A stretch of DNA of 64,000 nt from positions 24,242-88,241 of the forward strand of contig JANMPT010000117.1 in assembly GCA_031370005.1 (NCBI GenBank), given 5' to 3'. Position 1 is the stretch's first letter; each line of letters starts with the position of its first letter. Position numbers and translations under genes: made by a program. This stretch comes from Bdellovibrionales bacterium (GTDB lineage Bacteria > Bdellovibrionota > Bdellovibrionia > Bdellovibrionales > Bdellovibrionaceae). Below the pieces are notes generated by a model, which saw nothing but the letters and a program-made list of their open reading frames with translations, did no database searches and was not told the DNA's origin. Below are positions 17,838-27,013 of this stretch, piece after piece.

Positions 17838-18361
17838 TTTGCACTTCCGAGCGAGGCCGGTATTCTAGAGTTTTGAATGATTTTGATTTTATTTAAAATA
17901 TTTCTAGTTTCTGAAAAAGATTTTAAAGAAGTGATTCGAATTAAAACAAGATCATTTTTGGTATTCCAAAAGATGGATTCGGAAATAAATTTTCCATCTT
18001 GAGCAACATCTCTTGTGCAACGGAAACTCCTGGCGGATTTTTGTATACAACCCATGTCGTTTTCTTTTTTATCATATGGTCTAGTTTGCTTACGGCTATT
18101 TTTCCAGTATCTTTCGACACTGAATTTATTTGCATATGTTTGAGGTTTATTGTGCACAATAAGAATCTGTGGTTCATTGTGGACAGTGCTCTCTTTGATG
18201 CGAATTAGTTTTGACTGAAAAGATGGTATTTCAACTTTTGTAGAAATACGAAATGGAATAGCAATTTTAAATGTTCTGGATATTTCAATTTCGTTGGTTT
18301 CTTTTGCACAAACTGAAATAGAAATAATAAATGCAATAAAAAAACAAACAATGAGTTTCAT
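17834..18361 (-). CDS. Hypothetical secreted protein
   Basis: Signal peptide. ATGA overlap with the 748-aa gene. Confidence 0.7.
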   Translation of the reverse strand: MKLIVCFFIAFIISISVCAKETNEIEISRTFKIAIPFRISTKVEIPSFQSKLIRIKESTVHNEPQILIVHNKPQTYANKFSVERYWKNSRKQTRPYDKKENDMGCIQKSARSFRCTRDVAQDGKFISESIFWNTKNDLVLIRITSLKSFSETRNILNKIKIIQNSRIPASLGSAK

Positions 18362-18623
18362 GGCTTCTTCTTCGGCTTAACTAACTGAAAAAATTAGGTA
18401 AGTTCTGTTTTTTTGGACTATTGTCTTGTTTTAAATTCAAAACTAAAATCTAAGCAAGCTTTTGGATGCCCAGTCCATCATCTCAGAGACAAAGCGCCCG
18501 CAAGAAACGTAATGGAACTCATTCCCGCCCCTGCGGAGTGTTTGCAAGTAGACAGGGGGAACTTCAGACATCTTCGAGGTTCTCGAGGTGATCTCAAAGT
18601 TCTTTCGGACGGCTTGTAGAGTT

Positions 18624-19187
18624 TTACTTTACATGAACGTGCGACTTATTTTCATCGCTCGGGTAAGACACTCGTGTGCCCTTCACTTTTGCAAAAGATG
18701 TCATTTTATGGGGCCGAGGCAAACCCATGCCAATCAAGTCGGAAACGCTTAGTCCGTGGGCAAGCAGAGCGTCGGCTATCAGCGAACGGTGGCACCGCCA
18801 GGGAAGCGCCTCAGCGCACATAATGACCAGCCGCCGACGTTTGGATAGCGCGATCAACTGACGCAAATATTTTTCGAACTCGGCTGTCTGCATATAGTCG
18901 GCGTAACCGCGAAACGAAGAGTTGCGCCAAGCCTGATTTGGCGAATCCTTTCGCTTGTGTCTTAAACCTCCTAACCCAGGAGCATGTAAATAACGAATTC
19001 CGTGACGAGCGAGAGTCTTGGCCAAACGCACTCCACCATATTGAGGATTGTGACGGGATTTTGGAATTGTTCGTACATCGACGACTTGTTTTAATTTCTT
19101 GGAGTCGAGCATCGCAATGAACTCGCTTATGGGACGAGTCGAGTGACCGATTGTGAAAATGCGGGGCTTTTGCGCCGATGATGCCAT
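18624..19187 (-). CDS. DUF488 family protein
   Basis: IFTIGHST, VDVRTIPKSR, WRNSSFRGYADYM, MCAEALPWRCHRSLIAD. Confidence 0.9.
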   Translation of the reverse strand: MASSAQKPRIFTIGHSTRPISEFIAMLDSKKLKQVVDVRTIPKSRHNPQYGGVRLAKTLARHGIRYLHAPGLGGLRHKRKDSPNQAWRNSSFRGYADYMQTAEFEKYLRQLIALSKRRRLVIMCAEALPWRCHRSLIADALLAHGLSVSDLIGMGLPRPHKMTSFAKVKGTRVSYPSDENKSHVHVK

Positions 19188-19317
19188 AGATCTGCATTTA
19201 CCAAAGTTCTGATGGAATGTGAACCTCCAACTTCATTCATACCAACACGGCCGTTTCTGTTAAAAATCATAATCTTTATGATTTTACTTTTATTTTTCCC
19301 AATCTCAGTTTTTGACT

Positions 19318-20487
19318 TCAGTGCTCTTTTCCATCGATTCGTGCCTGAAATAGAAAGGGCACAAGTCTAATCCCAAGTATCAAATAGGCTCCTGACCAGA
19401 ATAGCCCAGCCGTCATTACCCACGTCGAATATTCTGCCGGTAAAATTAATGGAAGCAATAGCCGAATAAACGCCGCGCTAAAAATAAAGGAAATGGCAAT
19501 TTTATCCGAAACAAAAAACTGCGGCGGACGACCTGTATGTCCTTGGGAAATTCGAACCAGCATACTGGGAATAACAATCCCCAAGCACAGCAGCGTAAAT
19601 ATATGAAGCGCAATTGTACCAACACTCCAAATTTCAGCGATCTGTAAAACAGAAAAAACAAAATGTATAACAAGTCCAAGATAACCAGCATACATCATAG
19701 CGTTCCCAAATTTTTTAAAACCTATATCCGGTCGCCACAGAATCCACCTCAAAAGCAGCAAAGAGCCTGCAAACATCAGAATGCCAGCGGCAATCAGCGG
19801 AGGAAAAAAGTTTTGAAAAACAGAAAGTAGAACTGACGCCTTGATTGAGAAATCTAAAATTTTATTCCTATACAGTACCTGCCCCTCCGTATTTTTCATA
19901 AATTGTGGTATAGTGCGCTCAAACATGACAACAAAAGCGAGCCGAAAAAGGCCGACTGTCATGGATATCCCGTACGGATAGTAAGACTCTGAAATTAAGA
20001 GATTCTTGGCCACAAGAATAAGGCTCAACAGAACAACAAAAAAATAGTTATCACTGAAACTGTCATTGCGCCGATGCTTGAGCAAAGTGCTAATAATATA
20101 TAATCCACTGGCTGCAAAAAAGAGGCTCATCCCCAAGTGTTTAAGAATCAGACCGCAGCCTGATGCATAATAAATAAATACTCGTTCAAAAACCCAAAGA
20201 CCTACGAGAAACATAAGGTTCCCCCCATTAATCCCTCGGACCTTGACCCAGTTCTTACTTGCAGTTAACAAAAAACCAATAAGCACGGATCCGGCAAATC
20301 CAAAGAACATTTCGTGCGCGTGCCACTGAATGGGATTGATCCCGATGGGTAAGGCCAGTCTTCCTGAAAAAACCAAACCCCAGATTGCTGGCATGAGAAA
20401 GCCCATAAAAATAGCAAGCGTGAAGAAAGGTCGAAAACCAGCAGACCACAAGGGATGACGTGGAGATAAAAATCGTAACTGTATCAT
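19318..20487 (-). CDS. nnrS: NnrS family membrane protein
   Basis: GFRPFF, WHAHEMFFGF, GFLLTA..NW, RISQGHTGR, RIDGK. Confidence 0.9.
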   Translation of the reverse strand: MIQLRFLSPRHPLWSAGFRPFFTLAIFMGFLMPAIWGLVFSGRLALPIGINPIQWHAHEMFFGFAGSVLIGFLLTASKNWVKVRGINGGNLMFLVGLWVFERVFIYYASGCGLILKHLGMSLFFAASGLYIISTLLKHRRNDSFSDNYFFVVLLSLILVAKNLLISESYYPYGISMTVGLFRLAFVVMFERTIPQFMKNTEGQVLYRNKILDFSIKASVLLSVFQNFFPPLIAAGILMFAGSLLLLRWILWRPDIGFKKFGNAMMYAGYLGLVIHFVFSVLQIAEIWSVGTIALHIFTLLCLGIVIPSMLVRISQGHTGRPPQFFVSDKIAISFIFSAAFIRLLLPLILPAEYSTWVMTAGLFWSGAYLILGIRLVPFLFQARIDGKEH

Positions 20488-20606
20488 AGTCTCCTATTCT
20501 GAATTCATATTGCGACATGTAACTGTTTACATATATGCCACCTGATCTGTAATCAGAACAATTATCATATTATTTATTTCGTTATGTCATCCATGCGTCG
20601 ACGTGA

Positions 20607-20968
20607 TCATTGCCAAAATAAAACGAAGCAAACAAATATTCCATAGGCGCCAATGAGCACAAGTCCTTCCCTCCTCCTCAATTGGCCGCGAACAAATAAA
20701 AAAGCAACAGCTGCGACGGTCATCACGAGAAACCACCACGCCGTCACTCTTGTGAATGACGCAATTTCCCCCTCGCCAAAAATTAAAATAGAAAGGGCCA
20801 TTCCAACAAGCACATTGGGAATCCCGGTTGCGTCGCTGAAACCAGTATGCCCAAAATCCGTGGCGAAACCTGCCAATGTTTCCCGAGAATATTCGCAGAA
20901 TCAACCATCAAAATACTGGATAGTAGTAAAATAATAATAAGTTTTTTCGCACCCAAATCATCGGCCAA
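20607..20968 (-). pseudogene. Fragment of a Na+/Ca2+ antiporter (YrbG-like)
   Basis: Two short, out-of-frame hydrophobic ORFs. The C-terminus LRRREGLVLIGAYGIFV resembles the end of YrbG. Far shorter than a full antiporter. Confidence 0.5.
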
Positions 20969-21015
20969 TTAGTTTATAAACTAAAGCGCTTTTTAAATAG
21001 CGTGTCAGGTTGGGA

Positions 21016-21291
21016 TTATGCTGTCTTACCCTTAAGGATAGTTTCCAAACGAGCAAGTCTCGCCTCGAGGCTTCCAGGGCCTTCGACGTGCTTCCTAAGG
21101 ATATCATTAATCAGCGCCTGGTATTTGCCACCGGGAACCTGCGCCGCCTCCTCTCGAAGCTTTAAAAGCAGGTCGCCATCAACCCATGTTGTGATTTTCA
21201 CCTTGTGATTTTTAGGGTCCTCAATGCCTTTTGGCAATTCGGCCTTTCCGAATTTTATCTTTTTATTTTCTTTGATTACTTTGGATTTCAT
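21016..21291 (-). CDS. BrnA-like (RHH) antitoxin
   Basis: KVKITTWVDGDLL...GKYQALINDILR motif plus a coiled-coil tail. Confidence 0.8.
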   Translation of the reverse strand: MKSKVIKENKKIKFGKAELPKGIEDPKNHKVKITTWVDGDLLLKLREEAAQVPGGKYQALINDILRKHVEGPGSLEARLARLETILKGKTA

Positions 21292-21520
21292 CCCATTCCT
21301 CCAGCCATTATTCGCTGTACATATTTGTTATCTCTAAAATCTGCTTTAAGGCTTTATAAGAAAAGCCCTCTGACGCTATCATTTCTACTTTGTCTAAACG
21401 GACCTTAGCTTTTGCCTCGTAGGACTTTGGGTTCCCGAGGTATACGGTCACGTGAGGAAAACCATGGTCGTTTGTGTGAATTGTAAATATTAAATTTTTG
21501 AAAATGAAAACTGTACCCAT
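21263..21520 (-). pseudogene. DUF4160 family protein with an internal nonsense codon
   Basis: IHTNDHGFPHV motif. The TAA at 21308-21310 is followed in frame by WLEEWDEIQSNQRK*, which resembles the family C-terminal helix. Confidence 0.7.
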
Positions 21521-21852
21521 GATTAGATAATGCCATACATTGCTGGCAAAGTCAATATTCGTTAGATTGCATGTCTACTTCGAGAAGAAATAGCCTAATA
21601 TCGAATGGTTGCCTATAAACAGGTCTAGATCTTCATAAACTTGTTCAATTTACGTCGAGTCGATGCTGTTAAAACTGGTCGACGGGTATAGTCCCTCTGG
21701 CCATGGAGTGTAGGTTCAAGGCTTCGGAATCTGCCTTACGCTAGGGGTTGTTGACCTATTGGGCCAGTTGCTCTATCTACTAGGTGCACGGGTCGTCCGG
21801 CGCCCCTAACTACCCGCGCGAGTAGTTTTTCCATCAATTGGTTGGGAGATTT

Positions 21853-22263
21853 ATGAATGTCGCTGATAATGAAATTAAAGATCTGCTGACCAAATATAAG
21901 CAAATGACTGTCTATGGACTAAGTCCCGAGATCGACAAAGCCAGTCATTATGTTCCTTTGTATATGCGAAATCACGGTTGGGAATTGGTTGGTACTTACC
22001 CTAAACCCCATTGTACTGATGAATTTCAAATCTATCCGCAACTGAGTCAAGTCCCAGCAGAATATCGTAAATTTATTGATGTGTTTCGAAGTCCTGAAAA
22101 AATTCCCCAGGTCGTTGATGAGGTCATTGCCCTTGGTGGAGTTGAGGTCCTTTGGCTTCAATTAGGAATTTCCCATCCCGAGGCAGAAAAAAGGGCTGAA
22201 CAAGCTGGAATTAAAGTGGTTTCAAATCGGTGTTTAATTATCGAACATAAGAAATGGTTTTAA
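21853..22263 (+). CDS. CoA-binding protein (YccU-like)
   Basis: VYGLS, IDVFRS, LWLQLGI, VVSNRC. Confidence 0.88.
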   Translation: MNVADNEIKDLLTKYKQMTVYGLSPEIDKASHYVPLYMRNHGWELVGTYPKPHCTDEFQIYPQLSQVPAEYRKFIDVFRSPEKIPQVVDEVIALGGVEVLWLQLGISHPEAEKRAEQAGIKVVSNRCLIIEHKKWF

Positions 22264-22363
22264 ATGTGGATCCGGCAAATAGGTTTCCAATGACTGGATC
22301 GGGAAGCTTTTCATTTCCGTTGTATCGCTTCGATTGCTTGTGTAAGTAGAAAGGGTTCCCATT

Positions 22364-22723
22364 ATGGCAACAGATTCAAAATGTCCAAAGTGCAGCTCTG
22401 AAAACATCTATCAGGATGGCAATATGTGGATCTGCCCAGAATGCTCAAACGAATGGAGTGCATTAGCCTCTGCGCCACCAGAAGAAACCGCTATCGTTGA
22501 GGACAATCTAGTCCGCGATGCCAATCGGAATATCTTAAATGAAGGCGATACGGTTGTTGTTGTAAAAGATCTCAAGGTAAAGGGCTCCTCATCGGTAGTA
22601 AAAGTTGGCACAAAAGTTAAAAACATCCATCTAGTGGATGCTTCCGATGGACACAATATTTCCTGTCGTATTGAGGGCTTTGGGGCAATGAGCTTAAAAT
22701 CCGAATTTGTTAAAAAAGCCTAA
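22364..22723 (+). CDS. yjdM: PhnA/YjdM zinc-ribbon protein
   Basis: CPKC...[26 protein letters not shown]. Confidence 0.9.
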   Translation: MATDSKCPKCSSENIYQDGNMWICPECSNEWSALASAPPEETAIVEDNLVRDANRNILNEGDTVVVVKDLKVKGSSSVVKVGTKVKNIHLVDASDGHNISCRIEGFGAMSLKSEFVKKA

Positions 22724-22943
22724 GCTGTTTCTCTTCCACTTACTGTCGCTACATACGTGATGTCTCCGACCCACACCTGGCTATGCCCAGCAAGATGCCG
22801 CAAAGTTGAGCTTCAGTTTGAAATTCACACCAAGGTGGCTATCTGGTATCAGTTTGCGAATGTCTGGCTCTTTGATTCAGTGAATCCCCAGAAATTTTAA
22901 AATGCAAGCTAGCCACACCATTGCAGTATTTTAAAACCTTAAA

Positions 22944-23378
22944 TCAGCCAGCAGCGCCACCTACTGTGCGTATGTCGATAATACATTCTCCAGATTTATT
23001 GCAGACTACTGAGTTTACATCTACTTCGACAGAGGAATAACCGGGGAATAGTTTGGCTTTTAAGTTGTTCACCAAATCACTTAATTGCTTGCCAGGAGCA
23101 CCAGTAATCTGAGTTCTAAATGTTCCCCCGTCAGACGCTGGCCCCTTTGCCAGACAACCAGCTGGAGACAAATCAAAAGCTGCTTGGCAACGCAGACCCG
23201 TTATAGTTATAGTACCATTAATGACAGGAATTTTTCCTGATCCTGACTGAAGAATCATAATGAGTTTTGCACTGTCATCACCCAGCAGAGTAACTGTTTT
23301 CTGTGCGGCGTTCCCCGTTACAGAAACCATAATAGCAATACAAAATGCGCAGAGTGAAAATATCTTAGAATTTTTCAC
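22944..23378 (-). CDS. Hypothetical secreted protein
   Basis: GTG start with AAGGAG RBS, signal peptide, 4 Cys in the mature part. Confidence 0.7.
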   Translation of the reverse strand: MKNSKIFSLCAFCIAIMVSVTGNAAQKTVTLLGDDSAKLIMILQSGSGKIPVINGTITITGLRCQAAFDLSPAGCLAKGPASDGGTFRTQITGAPGKQLSDLVNNLKAKLFPGYSSVEVDVNSVVCNKSGECIIDIRTVGGAAG

Positions 23379-23393
23379 GAAATCTCCTTTTTG

Positions 23394-23819
23394 TTAATTA
23401 AATTTACAAGTGAAGGTCTTACTATCAATGAAAAGCTGAGTGCCATAAATGCCCGATCTTCTATATTGGATAGCCTCGATTTGTTGTAAATTTGGCGAGA
23501 TGATCATCTTGACCGAATCTTTAGTGAAATTTGTTCTAGCTATATTGATATAAGTCATAGTTCTCCCATCGTAGGAAATCGTGGCTTCATCCGACGACGA
23601 GAAGGATGATTGAAAGGTCTGATTAAGCCCCTTAGACAAAGGAAGAAGTTCGCTTGGGATAAGAATTCGTGCCCATTGTCGAGATGGAAGGTGGTCTACG
23701 CGAATTTCCACGGCACCTTTATTGTTTTTGCTGTAAGAAGTCTGACAATCAGATTGGGCATAAACCAACGAAGAACAAAATAAGGCACAGGACAATAGAA
23801 AAAAACTGTAATTTTTCAT
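23394..23819 (-). CDS. Hypothetical secreted protein
   Basis: Start reassigned to the ATG at 23819 (MKNYSFFLL...VYA signal peptide, GAGG RBS). Confidence 0.65.
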   Translation of the reverse strand: MKNYSFFLLSCALFCSSLVYAQSDCQTSYSKNNKGAVEIRVDHLPSRQWARILIPSELLPLSKGLNQTFQSSFSSSDEATISYDGRTMTYINIARTNFTKDSVKMIISPNLQQIEAIQYRRSGIYGTQLFIDSKTFTCKFN

Positions 23820-24462
23820 AAAAAACCTCGAAAGATCAGTTGATACCCTTGCAAAGTTGGTTGGACTTCCCTTTATCCCAGCACTTAATGCAACAACTAA
23901 TGCAACAACTATTCCAAGCGCGATTTCTTGTTTATTTTGATCTGGATGTGGCGATTGCCTCAAGATTAACACCGAGTTGACGTGTGGCTTGTAGAGCCAT
24001 TTGAGTAAGATGTCACAATTTGTGGTGTTGCAATGGCTGTTAGTGAAATTGACATTAAGCTTAAAATTGTCATGACTTCTTCAAGTCTCCCAGCCAAGAA
24101 CTTCTTAGAAAGATGTTTTTTTGCCGTCAAACTCAACGTCCATATCCATCAACCCTTTTTCGATATCTATGATCGCAATGAAAATAATTATTCTTCGACA
24201 AGTGATTCCGGCACGAACTAGGGATGAGCGCACTCCATTTTCTGAGCGGCCATATTCCTTGGCGATTTCCGCGAGAGAATACCCTTTTTGGTATTTTTCA
24301 ATGAAATTGGGAGTTAAATCAAATTTTCCTTTTGCGAAAAAGAAAGCAAAATCAGCAGGGTAGAGTCGTTCGGACAATGGAAAACATGGTTTGGGCCTAC
24401 AACTTAGGTCACACTGCATCTGCCTGAAAACACTAGACTTTTGGCCAGTATCATTTGCAATA

Positions 24463-24503
24463 GTACATTCCAATATGTACGCCACAGGCATACAATTGTA
24501 TGC
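24463..24503. promoter_or_regulatory. Operator-like palindromes upstream of the wHTH-MNT gene
   Basis: GTACAT-N6-ATGTAC at 24463-24480 and the perfect 16-bp palindrome GCATACAATTGTATGC at 24488-24503. Confidence 0.55.
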
Positions 24504-24516
24504 TATTAACATACAC

Positions 24517-25095
24517 ATGAATTTACTCACTCAGATCCTATCAAGCCAAGTTCGCGCTGAAATTTTTCGTCTGCTTTTTAACGGCGACAAAGTTTCAATT
24601 CATCTTCGTGATCTTCAAAGACAATCAGGTTTGTCTATTGGAACGATTCAAAAAGAAATTGCTCATCTTAAAGAATTGGATCTCGTGACGCCCGAACGCG
24701 ATGGCAATCGTCTTTACTACACCGCAAATACCGATCATCCGCTTTATAAAGAAATCTGCGGCCTCGTCGAAAAAACTTCCGGCATTGCAGAGCGATTAAA
24801 GGAAACATTGAGATCGGTAAAAGAAATCGAATGTGCGTTTATCTTTGGATCTTATGCGAAGGGTGAAGAAAAATCCCATAGTGATGTCGATCTGATTATT
24901 ATCGGGAATGTAGGACTCCGCGCCCTTTCAACAATTTTTAAAAATCTAACAAATCAAATCCAACGCGAAATAAATCCGCACGTCTACTCGAGGAAATCGT
25001 GGAAAGAAAAAGTGAAGAAGAAAGACCACTTTATCAAAAGCGTACTCGGAGAAAAAAAAGTCTTTCTAGTCGGAGATGAAAATGTCATTAGCTGA
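24517..25095 (+). CDS. ArsR-type wHTH fused to a nucleotidyltransferase (MNT)
   Basis: LSSQVRAEIFRLLF...LRDLQR...RDGNRLYY HTH, then FIFGSYAKG...SDVDLIIIG. Confidence 0.88.
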   Translation: MNLLTQILSSQVRAEIFRLLFNGDKVSIHLRDLQRQSGLSIGTIQKEIAHLKELDLVTPERDGNRLYYTANTDHPLYKEICGLVEKTSGIAERLKETLRSVKEIECAFIFGSYAKGEEKSHSDVDLIIIGNVGLRALSTIFKNLTNQIQREINPHVYSRKSWKEKVKKKDHFIKSVLGEKKVFLVGDENVIS

Positions 25096-25525
25096 TTGGG
25101 CTAAAAATGGCTGGCTACGTCCGCATAAGCCAACGAAAGAGGAAGTTGCCAATCTTTTAGAAATTGTTGAGCGCGATTTGAAAGACACTTCCGCAAAAGG
25201 GCTTTCTGACGATTGGAAGTTTGGCATCGCATACAACGCAGCACTTAAGCTTTGTACCATTTTACTCCATAGCTCTGGCTACCGTCCCGAGAAAAATTTA
25301 GCTCACTATCGAACCCTGCAATCATTGCCTCTTATTTTAGGCGACAAGCATAAATCGAACGCAGATTATCTCGACACTTGCCGCAAAAAGCGCAATGAAA
25401 CTGAATATGATTTTGCCGGTAATGTGAGTGAGGACGAAGCACAAGAGCTCTTAGCCTTCTGCCAGGAATTGAAAAATGAAGTTGAAATCTGGCTTAAGAA
25501 AAATCACAAGGGCCTGGCGAAATGA
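25082..25525 (+). CDS. HEPN-like protein paired with the wHTH-MNT
   Basis: IAYNAAL, GYRP, HYRT and RKKRNETEYD motifs. Overlaps the MNT gene. Confidence 0.75.
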   Translation: MSLADWAKNGWLRPHKPTKEEVANLLEIVERDLKDTSAKGLSDDWKFGIAYNAALKLCTILLHSSGYRPEKNLAHYRTLQSLPLILGDKHKSNADYLDTCRKKRNETEYDFAGNVSEDEAQELLAFCQELKNEVEIWLKKNHKGLAK

Positions 25526-25645
25526 CACGTTACTGAGCGACTTGCTTTGCGGCTTTTAGCTTGCAATATTAAAGCGATATTTTAGGTCGCAGAATGCAAA
25601 AAGAGTTCATCAACAACGAACAGGTTGAAAAATTCTAAAGTAGTT

Positions 25646-26263
25646 TCACACAACGTACATAACTAAACACAAATACTGAAAAAGTGTGCCGCCAATAACG
25701 CCGATATGCCATATGCCATGGCCATGTTTGATGCGTGTATCGTTGAGATAGAAATAGAAGCCAATGGCATAGGAAACGTATCCCGCCATGATCAAAGCGA
25801 AGCCCTGAGGGGGAAGCGTATCAATTAAATTTTTAAGCACCGGCAAAATTGATAGCGTCATGATGCAGTAGATGATTAAGGAATAGCGACGAGTTTTTTT
25901 GCCGAGACTGAACTCATGTAAAATACCAATGATTGCAAGACACCAGATAACGGTTAGCGTGGCCCAACCGATAGTCCCACGCAGTAGAATGATCAGAAAA
26001 GGCGTTTGGTTTCCTGCAATTTTAAGATAGATGCCAATATAGTCCAAGCGCCGGAGCAAATTTTTAATTGTTCCCTGCGAGCCATGATACAAAGTGGATG
26101 CAGAATAAAGACCGACTGTGGTTACAGCATATATGGCGACGGCTATGACTTCGACGAGGTTGTTTTTGGAAACCGCAAGTGAAAGAGCAATAACAGCTCC
26201 CAGGAGAGCAAAGCCAGTGGCGATAAGGTGACTGATGGTATTGAAACGTTCTCCATACTGCAT
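25646..26263 (-). CDS. Hemolysin III / PAQR family membrane protein
   Basis: ERFNTISH, STLYH, RRLDYIGIY, HGIWH. Confidence 0.9.
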   Translation of the reverse strand: MQYGERFNTISHLIATGFALLGAVIALSLAVSKNNLVEVIAVAIYAVTTVGLYSASTLYHGSQGTIKNLLRRLDYIGIYLKIAGNQTPFLIILLRGTIGWATLTVIWCLAIIGILHEFSLGKKTRRYSLIIYCIMTLSILPVLKNLIDTLPPQGFALIMAGYVSYAIGFYFYLNDTRIKHGHGIWHIGVIGGTLFQYLCLVMYVV

Positions 26264-26294
26264 TTATCCAATTTATCACTGATTCAGGGCAATA

Positions 26295-26321
26295 AAAAAG
26301 GGACCCATGAGGTCCCTTTTT
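26295..26321. terminator. Bidirectional intrinsic terminator
   Basis: AAAAAGGGACC-CATGA-GGTCCCTTTTT. Confidence 0.8.
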
Positions 26322-26359
26322 AAATTTGGATTTTGATCTAGGTCTGTAAGAGCAGCAAG

Positions 26360-26947
26360 CTAGAACATAATAGAGAAGTTCAAGAACTCAATATCAAAAC
26401 CGATGTCCAGATCACCTTGCTTCGTTAAGGAAGCCGTTGGAATGTAGTTGACGTTGCCCCAGATAGGGAAACGTTTGCCGCCGCCAATTGTGAACCCAAA
26501 TTTGCTTTCGTGACCAGTTTTATAGTTTTTCCAAACTGGATAGATCCCGAAACCACCCTGCACGAAGAAAGCTTGTTTGAAGTTTGTATCGAAGTTGTAA
26601 ACTCCCAAAGCCACCAAAGTCAGAAGGGTTTCGTTGCTGCCGCCGCCGCTGGTGGAGTTAATGCGGGCCATGCCGCCAGCTTGGATATTAGAGTCGAGGG
26701 TTCGTAGGTAGGTCCCTGAGATATCAATATTGGTTTGGCTGTCGCAATTGCCACAATCTTTGCCAGTTAAAAGTTTGCCATAGGTGAAATTTGTGATGAT
26801 CTCATTTTCGTTACTGAAGTTCACCGAAGAGCCATAGGCCGAAGTGTTTGAGTAAGCCCCACTGCGAGTGCCGTGCTGGGCAAAAACAGTCGATGCCGTA
26901 AAGACGATGATAGTTGCTGCAAGTATATTTTGGATGAATTTTTTCAC
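26360..26947 (-). CDS. Small outer-membrane beta-barrel protein
   Basis: Signal peptide, beta-strand pattern, C-terminal Phe. Confidence 0.7.
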   Translation of the reverse strand: MKKFIQNILAATIIVFTASTVFAQHGTRSGAYSNTSAYGSSVNFSNENEIITNFTYGKLLTGKDCGNCDSQTNIDISGTYLRTLDSNIQAGGMARINSTSGGGSNETLLTLVALGVYNFDTNFKQAFFVQGGFGIYPVWKNYKTGHESKFGFTIGGGKRFPIWGNVNYIPTASLTKQGDLDIGFDIEFLNFSIMF

Positions 26948-27013
26948 GTTGGACTCCTTAAGTTGTGAACTAAAATAACAAAAGCTTTGTCACAGCCAGG
27001 CGCACAGTCAAGA

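Noticed and set aside
18368..18398. Possible sigma-28 promoter (GCCGAAGA) before the AT-rich gene pair
   Set aside because: No acceptable -35 element at the right spacing, and it lies very close to the start codon.
23886..23909. 12-bp direct repeat TAATGCAACAAC x2
   Set aside because: Only two copies and no supporting context.
24105..24400. Minus-strand ORF with an HTH-like stretch (YQKGYSLAEIAKEYGRS)
   Set aside because: No credible start, and it overlaps the MNT promoter. At best a gene remnant.
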